Virus record (IMG/VR): IMGVR_UViG_3300044723_004068
Location: 1 to 42,051 of that record
Source of the DNA: a virus
Lineage: Duplodnaviria > Caudoviricetes
DNA: 42,051 bases
Direction: 5' to 3' (one strand)
Of this stretch, positions 16,696 through 26,157 are shown piece by piece (position 1 is the stretch's first letter; every line of letters begins with the position of its first letter). A program made the position numbers and the translations under genes. The notes under the pieces were generated by a model. The model was not told the DNA's origin and did no database searches. It saw only the letters and a program-made list of their open reading frames with translations.

Positions 16696-17099
16696 AGATA
16701 GGCTTCACATGTAGTACATTTGATCTGCTCCACGCAGGTCATATACAAATGCTGAGAGATGCAAAAGAACAATGTGAATACTTGATTTGTGGCTTACAAA
16801 TTGATCCAAGTCTTGATCGTCCAGAGAAGAATTCACCCGTACAAACTATAGTAGAAAGACATACACAACTTAGTGCTATCAAGTACGTTGACGAAATAAT
16901 CCCATATCAAACAGAAACAGACTTAGAAGACATTCTAAATATGCTTCATATTGACGTTAGGATTTTAGGTGAAGAATACAAAAATGGTAAGTTTACTGGT
17001 AGGGCTATATGTGCCAAACGAGGAATCGAACTGTTTTTTAACAAAAGAGAACACCGTTTTTCGAGCAGTGATCTCCGAAATAGAGTAAAAAGTAGTTGA
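16692..17099 (+). CDS. glycerol-3-phosphate cytidylyltransferase-like protein (TagD family)
   Basis: TFDLLHAGHIQML, YVDEIIPY, RFSSSDLR. Confidence 0.85.
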   Translation: MKIGFTCSTFDLLHAGHIQMLRDAKEQCEYLICGLQIDPSLDRPEKNSPVQTIVERHTQLSAIKYVDEIIPYQTETDLEDILNMLHIDVRILGEEYKNGKFTGRAICAKRGIELFFNKREHRFSSSDLRNRVKSS

Positions 17100-17124
17100 C
17101 TTTATCAACAAAATGTCGTATAAT
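17096..17124 (+). promoter_or_regulatory. sigma70-type promoter
   Basis: TTGACT-17 nt-TATAAT. Confidence 0.8.
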
Positions 17125-17147
17125 AAAAGGAACATAGGAGAAGTATA

Positions 17148-17894
17148 ATGAAAGATATTTTACAAGATGTAGTAGCAAAGACACATTCTCTAGGCTTTTT
17201 GAGCTTAGTGAAAGTAACAGGCGATGATGCCGGTACTACAGTTGAATCAATGGCAGAAGATCGTAGTGTGATCCTGTCAGCAAACACAAAAGAAAAGGTA
17301 GCTGAATTTGGTGCAAACATTTTTGGTATGCCTAACTTGGATAAACTTGCATTGCATTTAAAGAATCCAGAGTATCAAAAGAATAGCAAACTTACTGTTG
17401 TTAAACAAGACCGTAACGGAGTAACTATTCCAACAGGTATTCACTTTGAAAATGAAGCAGGTGATTTCCAGAATGATTTCCGTTTTATGTCAACAGAAAT
17501 TATTAATGAAAAACTTAAAAGTGTTAAGTTTAAAGGTGCAACATGGGACGTAGAGTTTACTCCATCGTTAGCGGCTATTACAAGAATGAAATTACAAAGT
17601 GCGGCACATTCAGAAGAAACAACTTTTACAATTAAAGTTGAAGAAACTGGTGGTGTTAGTGACGTAATGTTTTACTTTGGTGATGCAAATACACACGCAG
17701 GTAAGTTTGTGTTCCAAACAGGCGTTGAAGGTAACTTGAAACATCCATGGACATATCCAGTAGCACAAGTACAAGCAATCCTAAACTTAGATGGACAAGC
17801 AACAATGAGTCTAAGTGATCAAGGAGCAATGCAAATTACAGTTGACAGTGGTATGGGTACATATAATTACATTTTACCAGCACAATCTAAGTAG
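17148..17894 (+). CDS. putative DNA polymerase sliding clamp (gp45/PCNA-like)
   Basis: 248 aa two-domain alpha/beta pattern ending YNYILPAQ, as in PCNA/gp45 C-termini; near the polymerase. The fold is inferred. Confidence 0.5.
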   Translation: MKDILQDVVAKTHSLGFLSLVKVTGDDAGTTVESMAEDRSVILSANTKEKVAEFGANIFGMPNLDKLALHLKNPEYQKNSKLTVVKQDRNGVTIPTGIHFENEAGDFQNDFRFMSTEIINEKLKSVKFKGATWDVEFTPSLAAITRMKLQSAAHSEETTFTIKVEETGGVSDVMFYFGDANTHAGKFVFQTGVEGNLKHPWTYPVAQVQAILNLDGQATMSLSDQGAMQITVDSGMGTYNYILPAQSK

Positions 17895-17903
17895 GAGAAA
17901 AAG

Positions 17904-19436
17904 TTGAATACGGACTTAACAACAGAACAAAAAGACTATGCAATCTTTCTTCCAGCTCTAAGTGGATTCTACGCAACATTTGTAGGTAAACAAAGACGTG
18001 AAGAATATGTTGAAGAAAGTCGTATTCCTTATCCTAATATGGAAAGTATGAATTGGTTAAACAAAAAAGAAGGATTGTTTAACTATCATTGGACATTGTA
18101 CTCAGCAGGACATGCTGAGTTAGATACAATGAAAGATGCACCTAAAGAACTTATGGTTAGAGAACGTGATCGTAAAAACAGTTGGTTACTTGGTGACAGT
18201 GGTGGCTTCCAAATTGGTAAAGGTGTTTGGGAAGGCGACTGGAAAGATCCTAACTGTCCTAAAGCACAAAAGAAACGTGAGCAAGTACTTGCGTGGATGG
18301 ATGCTTATATGGACTATGGAATGATACTTGATATTCCGGCTTGGGTGGCACGTTCACCTGCTGGAGCAAAAGCAACAGGTATTAGTACATACCAAGAAGC
18401 AGTTGATGCTACACGTATTAACAACGATTATTTTATGAAGAATCGTTCAGGTGCTTGTAAGTTCCTTAATGTATTACAAGGTGAAAATCATGCTGATGCA
18501 GAAGATTGGTATCAGCAAATGAAAGACTACTGTGATCCTAAAAAGTATGAGAATCATTTTAATGGTTGGTCGATGGGTGGACAGAACATGTGTGATATAC
18601 ACTTAGTTCTAAAACGTATTGTAGCATTAAGATTTGACGGATTACTTGAACAAGGTAAACATGACTTTATGCACTTCTTAGGAACATCAAAACTAGAGTG
18701 GGCTACACTACTAACTGATATTCAAAGAGCAGTACGTAAGTATCATAATCCAAACTTTACAATTACATTTGATTGTGCTTCTCCTTTCCTTGCTACAGCA
18801 AATGGACAAATTTATATTCAAACTGAAACCGAAGATAGAACTAAATGGGTCTATAGAATGGTTCCAAGTATTGATGAATTGAAGTATGCAACTGATACAC
18901 GTAACTTTAGAGATGCTGTACTAGCAGATGGTATCTTTAAAAACTTTACTGACAGTCCTTTAACTAAGAATATTAAAGTAAACGATGTTTGTATATATGC
19001 TCCTGGAGACACTAACAAGGTTGGTGGTCCTAAAATTTTAGCAGGAGAAATTGACCGAGACAAACATGGTAATCCTATACTAGACGATAATGGTAGCGAA
19101 GTTATTCGTAAACGTGATTCAACTAGTTGGGATAGTTTTAGCTATGCTATACAAATGGGTCATAATGTATGGAGTCACATTAATGCAGTACAAGAAGCAA
19201 ATAGACAATACGACAATGGAAGCGTTCCGGCAATGCTTGTGGAGGAGCAATTCGACAGGCTATATTTTAGAGATGTTGTGGAAGCAATATTTGCAACTTC
19301 AAACAGAGATGAGGCAGAAGCAATCATAGAAGAATACAGCAAATTTTGGATGTCAATTATTGGCACTAGAGGAGCAGTAGGCAAAAAGACTGTAAACGCA
19401 AATACAGGATTTGGCAATTTATTTGAGGAGGTATAA
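17904..19436 (+). CDS. dpdA: DpdA/TGT-family deazaguanine transglycosylase (probably DNA-targeting)
   Basis: LLGDSGGFQ, MILDIP, NVLQG, GWSMGG, HFLG, TFDCASP and C-terminal HN; TTG start after SD AGGAG; linked to queD/folE/queE-like genes. Confidence 0.8.
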   Translation: MNTDLTTEQKDYAIFLPALSGFYATFVGKQRREEYVEESRIPYPNMESMNWLNKKEGLFNYHWTLYSAGHAELDTMKDAPKELMVRERDRKNSWLLGDSGGFQIGKGVWEGDWKDPNCPKAQKKREQVLAWMDAYMDYGMILDIPAWVARSPAGAKATGISTYQEAVDATRINNDYFMKNRSGACKFLNVLQGENHADAEDWYQQMKDYCDPKKYENHFNGWSMGGQNMCDIHLVLKRIVALRFDGLLEQGKHDFMHFLGTSKLEWATLLTDIQRAVRKYHNPNFTITFDCASPFLATANGQIYIQTETEDRTKWVYRMVPSIDELKYATDTRNFRDAVLADGIFKNFTDSPLTKNIKVNDVCIYAPGDTNKVGGPKILAGEIDRDKHGNPILDDNGSEVIRKRDSTSWDSFSYAIQMGHNVWSHINAVQEANRQYDNGSVPAMLVEEQFDRLYFRDVVEAIFATSNRDEAEAIIEEYSKFWMSIIGTRGAVGKKTVNANTGFGNLFEEV

Positions 19437-19438
19437 AG

Positions 19439-19624
19439 ATGGCGACAGGAAGAAAAAGTAAAAGTGCAAAAAAATTACAAAGTATGCACGACTACTTACA
19501 CAACAAAGTAGATGCAGTAGAAAAGGAACGTGCAGGTGATAGATCATACAATCACAAAGCACATCTTATTAATTTGAAAAAACAAAAACTTGCTGTAAAG
19601 GATCAGCTTAATAGCAATGAATAG
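19439..19624 (+). CDS. DUF465/YdcH-like small coiled-coil protein
   Basis: H..LH..V...LKKQKLAVKDQL. Confidence 0.6.
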   Translation: MATGRKSKSAKKLQSMHDYLHNKVDAVEKERAGDRSYNHKAHLINLKKQKLAVKDQLNSNE

Positions 19625-20162
19625 AGATTATGACAATGGTGTTAAGGATGATGTTGTATACTTTACAGGCTTTGAAGTAGAAAAAACTCCAGTACATGGC
19701 GAACATACTTTATTTGTTGTAGGTGCTCAAGATCCTAAAGAAGTAATTGAGAGAGTACAAAAAGAAGCAGTCGAACATGTCTACTTAGGTGCTAATCAAA
19801 GTTTTAATATTACACTTCCTTTTGGTACTAAAAAAGAACAAACAGACTGGGATAATCTAATTACAGAATTACTAAAATTAGGTATTTGGGTTACACTAGA
19901 CTATGATGTTAAGTATCACGAATTTGTACTAGAATCTGGATATAACGAAAACGATAAGTTTATTGGTATGATTAGTGTAAAGTTACCTTATATTGATCAA
20001 CTTAACTACAATGCATGTATTAAAATTGATGATAAAGACTTTAAAGCATCAAATGCAGGTGTTTGGGTACATTATGCTAGAGATTTACAACCAAGAGATA
20101 AGTTTACATCTTGGGAAAAGTATGAAAATGATTCACCAATATCTATTGACAACGATGAGTAA
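19617..20162 (+). CDS. hypothetical protein within the dpdA cluster
   Basis: 181 aa; FTGFEVEKTP...TLFVVG...HVYLGANQSF...IKIDDKDF...N.GVW; function not recognised. Confidence 0.7.
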   Translation: MNRDYDNGVKDDVVYFTGFEVEKTPVHGEHTLFVVGAQDPKEVIERVQKEAVEHVYLGANQSFNITLPFGTKKEQTDWDNLITELLKLGIWVTLDYDVKYHEFVLESGYNENDKFIGMISVKLPYIDQLNYNACIKIDDKDFKASNAGVWVHYARDLQPRDKFTSWEKYENDSPISIDNDE

Positions 20163-20174
20163 AGGTAGTATAAT
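20146..20174 (+). promoter_or_regulatory. sigma70-type promoter
   Basis: TTGACA-17 nt-TATAAT. It implies the next gene starts downstream of ATG 20177, e.g. at 20249 with SD GAGG. Confidence 0.75.
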
Positions 20175-20176
20175 AA

Positions 20177-20656
20177 ATGGACGGTAATGCAACAAATGAA
20201 CATGAACGTTATTATGACGGTATGTTAAGAATGATGAAAGAGGCAGATATGACAGAAGGCAAACAAAACGCATTGCAAAACGCAAAGCGAATGATTTGGG
20301 TTACTTTTAAGAAAGAAGGTATCCACAAGTATCCTGCGGCACTAGATGATCCTAGTCTTGCAACAGGTGATGAATATGATGTAAGTTTTTTAGGTTATCC
20401 ACACAGACACATATTTCATTTTAGAGTTGGTATCACTGTAACACACAATGACAGAGATATTGAATTTATTCAGTTTAAACGTTGGATGGAGAAGTTATAC
20501 GCAGAAAAAACTTTAGAACTTGATTATAAGTCATGTGAAATGATGTCAGATGATTTATATCAACAAATTACAGACAAGTACCCCGGACGTGAGGTCCACA
20601 TCGAAATTTCCGAGGACGGAGAGAACGGTGCACACATTACATACCCTAGCTATTAA
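20177..20656 (+). CDS. QueD-like T-fold protein (6-carboxytetrahydropterin synthase family or paralog)
   Basis: EGIH...HRHIFHF (Zn-binding His), EFIQFK, SCEMM and C-terminal SEDGENGA; start may be 20249. Confidence 0.7.
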   Translation: MDGNATNEHERYYDGMLRMMKEADMTEGKQNALQNAKRMIWVTFKKEGIHKYPAALDDPSLATGDEYDVSFLGYPHRHIFHFRVGITVTHNDRDIEFIQFKRWMEKLYAEKTLELDYKSCEMMSDDLYQQITDKYPGREVHIEISEDGENGAHITYPSY

Positions 20657-20669
20657 AGGAGAAACACAA

Positions 20670-20921
20670 ATGGCAACCCAGGGTCAATACTTTGCTAATA
20701 ACCCAGAGATTGTAAAAATCTTTGACGATCTAGAACGTTTTAAAACGTTCTGTGCAACTGCTTACTTGTATGGCCATGACGGCTATATTTGGAACGAAAG
20801 AGATCTATATAATAATAAAAGTCGTGCTTGGCAGGCTTATAGCAGATTTCGTTCTGGTGGTAAGCGTAAATTTAATAAGAATAACGGTCAAGGTCGTTAT
20901 CAAAGTACTAGGAGACACTAA
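20670..20921 (+). CDS. hypothetical protein
   Basis: SD AAGGAG then ATG 20670 (MATQGQYF). Confidence 0.65.
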   Translation: MATQGQYFANNPEIVKIFDDLERFKTFCATAYLYGHDGYIWNERDLYNNKSRAWQAYSRFRSGGKRKFNKNNGQGRYQSTRRH

Positions 20922-21997
20922 TGACAATTTACATTGTAGATATTGAAGCAGTAGATACACGTTATACTAAGCAGTGGAAAGAATATCTTCCTAAGCAACT
21001 GCAACGAGCTACAAATGTAGATGTAGAAGTCATTAGTGGTGGGGAAACGCCTCAGGCTACAACGCCTGGGGCTTTCCTTAACTTTGGTGGTACTAATGTT
21101 TACAAAAGTAAACAGTTAGAAACTATAGGAGAAATGTTCTGCGATGGAACTGTTAAGGACGGCGATTATTTTATCTATACCGATGCCTGGAATCCTACAG
21201 TGGTACAATTACGCTACATGGCAGAGTTACTCGGTGTTAATATTTCTATTGGTGGTTTGTGGCATGCAGGTAGTTATGATCCGCAAGATTTTTTAGGTAG
21301 GCTTATAGGCAATAAACCTTGGGTAAGGAATGCAGAACGTAGTATGTTTGATTGCTATGATCATAACTTTTTTGCTACACAATTCCATATTGATTTATTT
21401 TTACAAACATTTAAGAACAAAGATAACCCTAAAGAATTTCAACAAGTTAATGAAGATAAAATTAAACGTGTTGGTTGGCCTATGGAGTATTTGACTACTA
21501 GTTTAGACAGTTACAAAAATATGCCTAAAGAAGATATAATCTTGTTCCCGCATAGAGTTGCTCCAGAGAAGCAAGTTGAAATCTTTAGAGATCTAAAAGA
21601 ACAATTACCACAGTATGAATTTATTGTGTGCCAAGAACAAGAATTAAGCAAAAACGATTATCATAATTTGCTAGGTAGAGCTAAGATGGTGTTCAGTGCT
21701 AACCTACAAGAAACACTAGGTATTAGTTGGTATGAAGGTTTGTTAGTAGATACTATTCCTATGGTTCCTGATAGACTCAGCTACAGCGAAATGGCAAATA
21801 CTGAATTTAAATATCCAAGTATTTGGACTAAGAACTTTGCACAGTACGAAAAATTTAAACCACAACTTGTAGCAAAAATTGAAGACTATATGGAAAATTA
21901 TAATGATTACAAAATTCCAATGAATTCGCAGTTATACAATCTAAAGAGAAGTTTTTTTAGTGGTGAAGCATTATACAAGGCAATAAGCAATGGGTGA
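20921..21997 (+). CDS. GT-B glycosyltransferase (GT4-like)
   Basis: FPHRVAPEKQ...FSANLQETLGISWYEG...PMVP...SYSE (ExxGxxxxE motif). Confidence 0.8.
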   Translation: MTIYIVDIEAVDTRYTKQWKEYLPKQLQRATNVDVEVISGGETPQATTPGAFLNFGGTNVYKSKQLETIGEMFCDGTVKDGDYFIYTDAWNPTVVQLRYMAELLGVNISIGGLWHAGSYDPQDFLGRLIGNKPWVRNAERSMFDCYDHNFFATQFHIDLFLQTFKNKDNPKEFQQVNEDKIKRVGWPMEYLTTSLDSYKNMPKEDIILFPHRVAPEKQVEIFRDLKEQLPQYEFIVCQEQELSKNDYHNLLGRAKMVFSANLQETLGISWYEGLLVDTIPMVPDRLSYSEMANTEFKYPSIWTKNFAQYEKFKPQLVAKIEDYMENYNDYKIPMNSQLYNLKRSFFSGEALYKAISNG

Positions 21998-22349
21998 TGA
22001 CGATTACAAAATTACTATTAATGCCAGTGAAGATATAGGCGGCTGGGATAGTAGTATTACAATTAACAATATTACATATTCTATGCCTGAGCAGAATTCA
22101 AACACTGTTACTTTAGATTCAAGTTTTATAAACGATACAGGCAGTGAATTTACATATAACATAGGTTCAACTGCTGATAAAATTTTTGTAGATACAATGC
22201 CAAGTATAGCACGTCTAGATGAAATGTGCGAAATGTATCCTGCTCTTGCAAAAGCATATGAACAATTTAAACTTATCTACAAAATGACAGAGCAAGATTT
22301 CAAAGGCAAACTAAAAGAAAGAGGTATAGACGATGAAATTCCTTTTTAA
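21990..22349 (+). CDS. hypothetical protein
   Basis: 119 aa; C-terminal MCEMYPALAKAYEQFKLIY...DEIPF. Confidence 0.6.
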   Translation: MGDDDYKITINASEDIGGWDSSITINNITYSMPEQNSNTVTLDSSFINDTGSEFTYNIGSTADKIFVDTMPSIARLDEMCEMYPALAKAYEQFKLIYKMTEQDFKGKLKERGIDDEIPF

Positions 22350-22761
22350 TTGGTTTAAAGGAAGAAAACGTGTAATCACGGATAGGAGCGGTAAGGTTCC
22401 GTATCTAGTAAGATGGTATGTGTTTTTAAAGGACAGAAAAGACTTTCCTTTTAATATTACACTACACAAGGTACTAGTAAGTGACGAACCTGTACTACAT
22501 GATCATCCATGGAGTTGGGGAGCATTTATTATTAAAGGCGGTTATTGGGAACATACTCCAGAAGGTAAGTTTTGGCGTGGTCCTGGTAGCATACGTTTTC
22601 GTTCTGCAAAAGACCTACATTGGTTAGAACTTGCAAAAGATGAAGATGGTAATAACATTCCATGTTGGAGTTTGTTCTTCATGGGTAAGAAAGCACAGAG
22701 TTGGGGCTTTGTTAAAAACGGCAAATGGATTGATAACAAGGATTACTTAAAAAATGTTTAA
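22333..22761 (+). CDS. cupin-like protein
   Basis: YLVRW...LHK...SD...LHDHPW...GGYWE...H...WSLF...WGF. Confidence 0.7.
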   Translation: MKFLFNWFKGRKRVITDRSGKVPYLVRWYVFLKDRKDFPFNITLHKVLVSDEPVLHDHPWSWGAFIIKGGYWEHTPEGKFWRGPGSIRFRSAKDLHWLELAKDEDGNNIPCWSLFFMGKKAQSWGFVKNGKWIDNKDYLKNV

Positions 22762-22936
22762 CACAAAACAAGAACTCACTGACTGGACTATTGAACAATT
22801 TAACAAATACGGTATTAGGCAACCCGAAACTTATACGGAACAAGAAATCAAAGATGCTTGTCCAGAAGTTCCTAGTTGGGTTATTAACAAACCAGACATT
22901 AAAGTACTAGACGAGGACGATGGATATCATGATTAA
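22754..22936 (+). CDS. hypothetical protein
   Basis: 60 aa, translationally coupled to both neighbours. Confidence 0.5.
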   Translation: MFNTKQELTDWTIEQFNKYGIRQPETYTEQEIKDACPEVPSWVINKPDIKVLDEDDGYHD

Positions 22937-23468
22937 AAAACATTATTATAGTTGGGCTGACGTAGAAAAAATGTGCGTTAGCATTGTAAATCAAATGTAC
23001 AAGGACAATTGGCGTCCTGATTACATTGTAGGTATTACCCGTGGTGGTAATGTACCTGCTACTATTATCAGTAATATGACTGGCATACGTTGCGAAGCAA
23101 TTAAAATAAGTCTACGTGATGATACTAGTGAAAGTGAAAGCAACTTGTGGATGGCTGAAGATGCATATGGTTATGTAGCCAATCCAGGACCAACTGCTGG
23201 TCCGCATCATAAAAATATTCTTATTGTAGATGATATTAATGATACAGGTGCTACATTTAATTGGATTATGGAAGACTGGAAAGCAGGTTGCTTGCCTGAT
23301 GATCCTAAATGGAACAATATATTTGGTAACAATGTTCGCTTTGCTACACTAACAGATAATCTATCAAGTGAGTTTAACAGTAATATATCTTATACTTGTC
23401 ACGAAGTAAACAAATCAGAAGAAGATGTTTGGTTAGTTTATCCGTGGGAGAATGTTGGAGAATATTAA
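22929..23468 (+). CDS. type I purine phosphoribosyltransferase (Gpt-like)
   Basis: IVGITRGG, ILIVDDINDTGAT (PRPP loop), WLVYPWE. Confidence 0.85.
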   Translation: MIKKHYYSWADVEKMCVSIVNQMYKDNWRPDYIVGITRGGNVPATIISNMTGIRCEAIKISLRDDTSESESNLWMAEDAYGYVANPGPTAGPHHKNILIVDDINDTGATFNWIMEDWKAGCLPDDPKWNNIFGNNVRFATLTDNLSSEFNSNISYTCHEVNKSEEDVWLVYPWENVGEY

Positions 23469-24049
23469 TGATTGAAAAGCAGTTTATTTTTCCGACACAA
23501 GTATTTAGAGCTGTATACAACAACGCTCAAGATCTACAAAAGTCTGTAGTTACAGAATTGTTAGCAAAAGAAAAAACAGATACATCTCCTGTAAGATATA
23601 CTGCTAACGGATATACATCATACGGTAGTGAAAGTATTTTAGAAAATCCATTGTTTGAAGATCTAAAAAACTTTATTGATGCATGTGTACAGGAATGTCA
23701 CAAAGAAACTAAACTACAACATACACCTTCACTTAAGAGCAGTTGGTTTAGTATTAATCGTAAATACACATACCACGAAGAACACAATCATCTTCCAGAC
23801 ACATGGAGTGGAGTATACTACATTCAAGCAGATCAAGATCATCCAGGACTAACACTTGTTAATCCTAACATGAAGGCCAACTGGCCAAGAGTAAATGTTT
23901 CAGAACTTAACGAAGCAAACTCGCCTAACGTAACTTGTGCGGCAACGACAGGAAGTTTAATTATTTTTCCAAGTCATTTGCATCACAAAGTTGAACAACA
24001 ACTTACAGATAAAGAACGTATAATGGTGGCATTTAATTATGGATTCTAA
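23468..24049 (+). CDS. putative 2OG-Fe(II) oxygenase (TIGR02466-like)
   Basis: FPT...SW...HNH...SGVYYI...IFPSHLHHKV...RIMVAFN; start at ATG 23468. Confidence 0.8.
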   Translation: MIEKQFIFPTQVFRAVYNNAQDLQKSVVTELLAKEKTDTSPVRYTANGYTSYGSESILENPLFEDLKNFIDACVQECHKETKLQHTPSLKSSWFSINRKYTYHEEHNHLPDTWSGVYYIQADQDHPGLTLVNPNMKANWPRVNVSELNEANSPNVTCAATTGSLIIFPSHLHHKVEQQLTDKERIMVAFNYGF

Positions 24050-24407
24050 ACCTTGGACAGATGTTTTAATTGACTCAAAAGAGTTTACAGTATATAAAGA
24101 TGGGTATCCAGTTACTGAAGGACATATACTTTTTGTTCCTAAAGAAGAAAACTGGCAGGGCCTTACTAAGTGTTTCGAAGCCGCATACAAATGGGGCTAC
24201 GATTGGGTTGAACGTGGATATTGTGATGCGTTTAACATTGGACAGAACGTAGGAGAAGCCGCAGGTCAAACTGTACCTTTTCCACACGTTCACTTAATTC
24301 CTAGACGCAATGGCGACATGGATGATCCACGCGGCGGCGTAAGACACGTAATACCTGATAAAGGAAACTACAAGAAAGGAACTTATGTTGAAACAGCAAA
24401 TGATTGA
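24039..24407 (+). CDS. HIT family nucleotide hydrolase
   Basis: YPVTEGHILFVP...N.GEAAGQTV..PHVHLIPR..GD..DPRGGVR. Confidence 0.9.
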   Translation: MDSKPWTDVLIDSKEFTVYKDGYPVTEGHILFVPKEENWQGLTKCFEAAYKWGYDWVERGYCDAFNIGQNVGEAAGQTVPFPHVHLIPRRNGDMDDPRGGVRHVIPDKGNYKKGTYVETAND

Positions 24408-24591
24408 GGCGGCAAGGAAGCACGCCGAAGCAGAAGTCCTACTACACAAAACTAATATTAATGTGTATATGGAAAAGGTTGTTGGCATTGGCGAACATTC
24501 AGATATTATTGAAACTATTCAAAAAGAACTGGATGCTATGGCTACTGCGGACGATCGTCTTGAAATGTTGAACAAATATTTTAATGACTAG
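24385..24591 (+). CDS. small hypothetical phage protein
   Basis: H..N...VGIGEHSDIIETI..EL; SD AAGGA. Confidence 0.65.
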   Translation: MLKQQMIEAARKHAEAEVLLHKTNINVYMEKVVGIGEHSDIIETIQKELDAMATADDRLEMLNKYFND

Positions 24592-25396
24592 AACACTATT
24601 CATCGGCGACAGTCACGCACACGGATATTCCGAAGTTGGTGATACAATCTCAGCATGGCAAGATAATAACTATGCTGAGATCTATGCCGAAGAAAATAAC
24701 AAAGAGGTTGTAATTTACAGTCAGCCAGGCGGATGTAATAGAAAGTATCCTGCCTGGATTAAATCAATGCTTGATCGTTATGACGATATTGACGAAGTAT
24801 TTGTGCAGTCAACATACTGGAATAGATTTTTACTTGCATGCTCACGTAACTTAGATGTTGGCGAAAATACAAATGTAGATTTGTTCTTAGATGACGATCA
24901 ACCAAAAGACGAAAAGATTAAAAGATATACAGATCATCGTGTAACTGAAAACTACATTGAAATGATTGATCAGGTTCGACAAGAAAACTACGAAGAATTT
25001 AAAGGTTTCTTTTTTGACGATATGAAAGTAAAAGCAGACTTTAAACCCTTTCATGAAAAGTATATCTACACAAAACTTTGGCACGAGCTAGTAACACCTT
25101 TGCAATATAAAGACTATTGCTTAGACTTATTAGCAATTGATACTATGTGTGCTAGACGAGATATTAAATGGTATCAATGGACGATTAACAATAGAGTATT
25201 TGTTCCTGACAATGTTGAACTTTACGGAGATTGGCAAGCAGGTACAAAAGCACCATCGTCTGCAGAAGGTTATTTGCAATTAGCAAAAGCTATTAACATA
25301 GAAACGGACGAATACAGAGTCGACGGCGAGCATTATACTAAGCATATACATGAATTAATTGCCAAAGACTACCTAAATTATGTTAAAAAAGGTTGA
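24584..25396 (+). CDS. SGNH/GDSL hydrolase-like protein
   Basis: FIGDSH at the N-terminus and DGEH (DxxH) near the C-terminus. Confidence 0.6.
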   Translation: MTRTLFIGDSHAHGYSEVGDTISAWQDNNYAEIYAEENNKEVVIYSQPGGCNRKYPAWIKSMLDRYDDIDEVFVQSTYWNRFLLACSRNLDVGENTNVDLFLDDDQPKDEKIKRYTDHRVTENYIEMIDQVRQENYEEFKGFFFDDMKVKADFKPFHEKYIYTKLWHELVTPLQYKDYCLDLLAIDTMCARRDIKWYQWTINNRVFVPDNVELYGDWQAGTKAPSSAEGYLQLAKAINIETDEYRVDGEHYTKHIHELIAKDYLNYVKKG

Positions 25397-25421
25397 CACA
25401 GACCTAAATATATTGTATAAT
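25393..25421 (+). promoter_or_regulatory. sigma70-type promoter for folE-queE
   Basis: TTGACA-17 nt-TATAAT; a TAAATA also lies in the spacer. Confidence 0.85.
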
Positions 25422-25433
25422 ATAAACTATTAC

Positions 25434-25460
25434 AGGCAATCCACTGCCTTAACATCGGAG
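25434..25460 (+). promoter_or_regulatory. structured folE leader (hairpin/possible SD-sequestering pseudoknot)
   Basis: AGGCA-ATCCAC-TGCCT stem-loop followed by TAACATC-GGAG; loop TCC is complementary to GGA of the SD. Confidence 0.45.
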
Positions 25461-25466
25461 AAGTAA

Positions 25467-26156
25467 ATGAGTAAAAGTGAACAAATAAAAGCCCGTTTAG
25501 AAGACGAAGGCATTAGATATTGGGCAGGTGACAATATTAGTCATGTGTTACAAGAAGGCGACAAACAAGAATTGATTGACGAGCTTACACCTAAGTTCGA
25601 AGCAGTACTAGACAGTTTAATTATTGACAGAGCAAATGATCCTAACAGTATGGACACTGGTAGACGTCTTGCTAAAATGTATATTAATGAATTAATGCAA
25701 GGACGTTATGATCCTATGCCTAACGCAACAGCATTTCCTAATCATATTGAAAATGGTTACGAAGGTATGTTAGTTGTACGAAGCGAACTAAGAAGTGTTT
25801 GTTCACATCATCATCAACCAGTTGTTGGTGTAGCATACATTGGTATTATTGCCGCAGATAAACTTATTGGTCTTAGCAAGTATACACGTATTGCACAATG
25901 GTGTGCTAGACGAGGTACACTACAAGAAGAACTTAATAATGTTATTGCTGACGAGATTCAAAAAGCAACAGGTACTAAAAATGTTGGTGTTTACATTCAA
26001 GCAACACATGGTTGTTGTGAGAATAGAGGTATTAAAGCACATAGCAGTTTGACACAGACAACTGTGCTACGTGGTGCATTTAATGAAGATGCTGGTACTA
26101 AGAAAGAGTTTATGGACAATATTAAATTGCAACAACAGTTTGCATGTGGAGCCTAA
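25467..26156 (+). CDS. folE: GTP cyclohydrolase I
   Basis: SVCSHHHQP, IGLSKYTRI, RGTLQEEL, HGCCENRG. Confidence 0.95.
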   Translation: MSKSEQIKARLEDEGIRYWAGDNISHVLQEGDKQELIDELTPKFEAVLDSLIIDRANDPNSMDTGRRLAKMYINELMQGRYDPMPNATAFPNHIENGYEGMLVVRSELRSVCSHHHQPVVGVAYIGIIAADKLIGLSKYTRIAQWCARRGTLQEELNNVIADEIQKATGTKNVGVYIQATHGCCENRGIKAHSSLTQTTVLRGAFNEDAGTKKEFMDNIKLQQQFACGA

Positions 26157-26157
26157 T

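Noticed and set aside
17904-19436. Ordinary tRNA-guanine transglycosylase (tgt)
   Set aside because: Lacks the CxCxxC zinc site and is divergent; the context beside the polymerase, clamp and folE/queD/queE favours DpdA, although a tRNA target is not formally excluded.
25434-25460. Canonical preQ1-I or THF-II riboswitch call
   Set aside because: The topology is reminiscent, but the loop length and sequence do not match the consensus I know; kept only as a candidate novel element.
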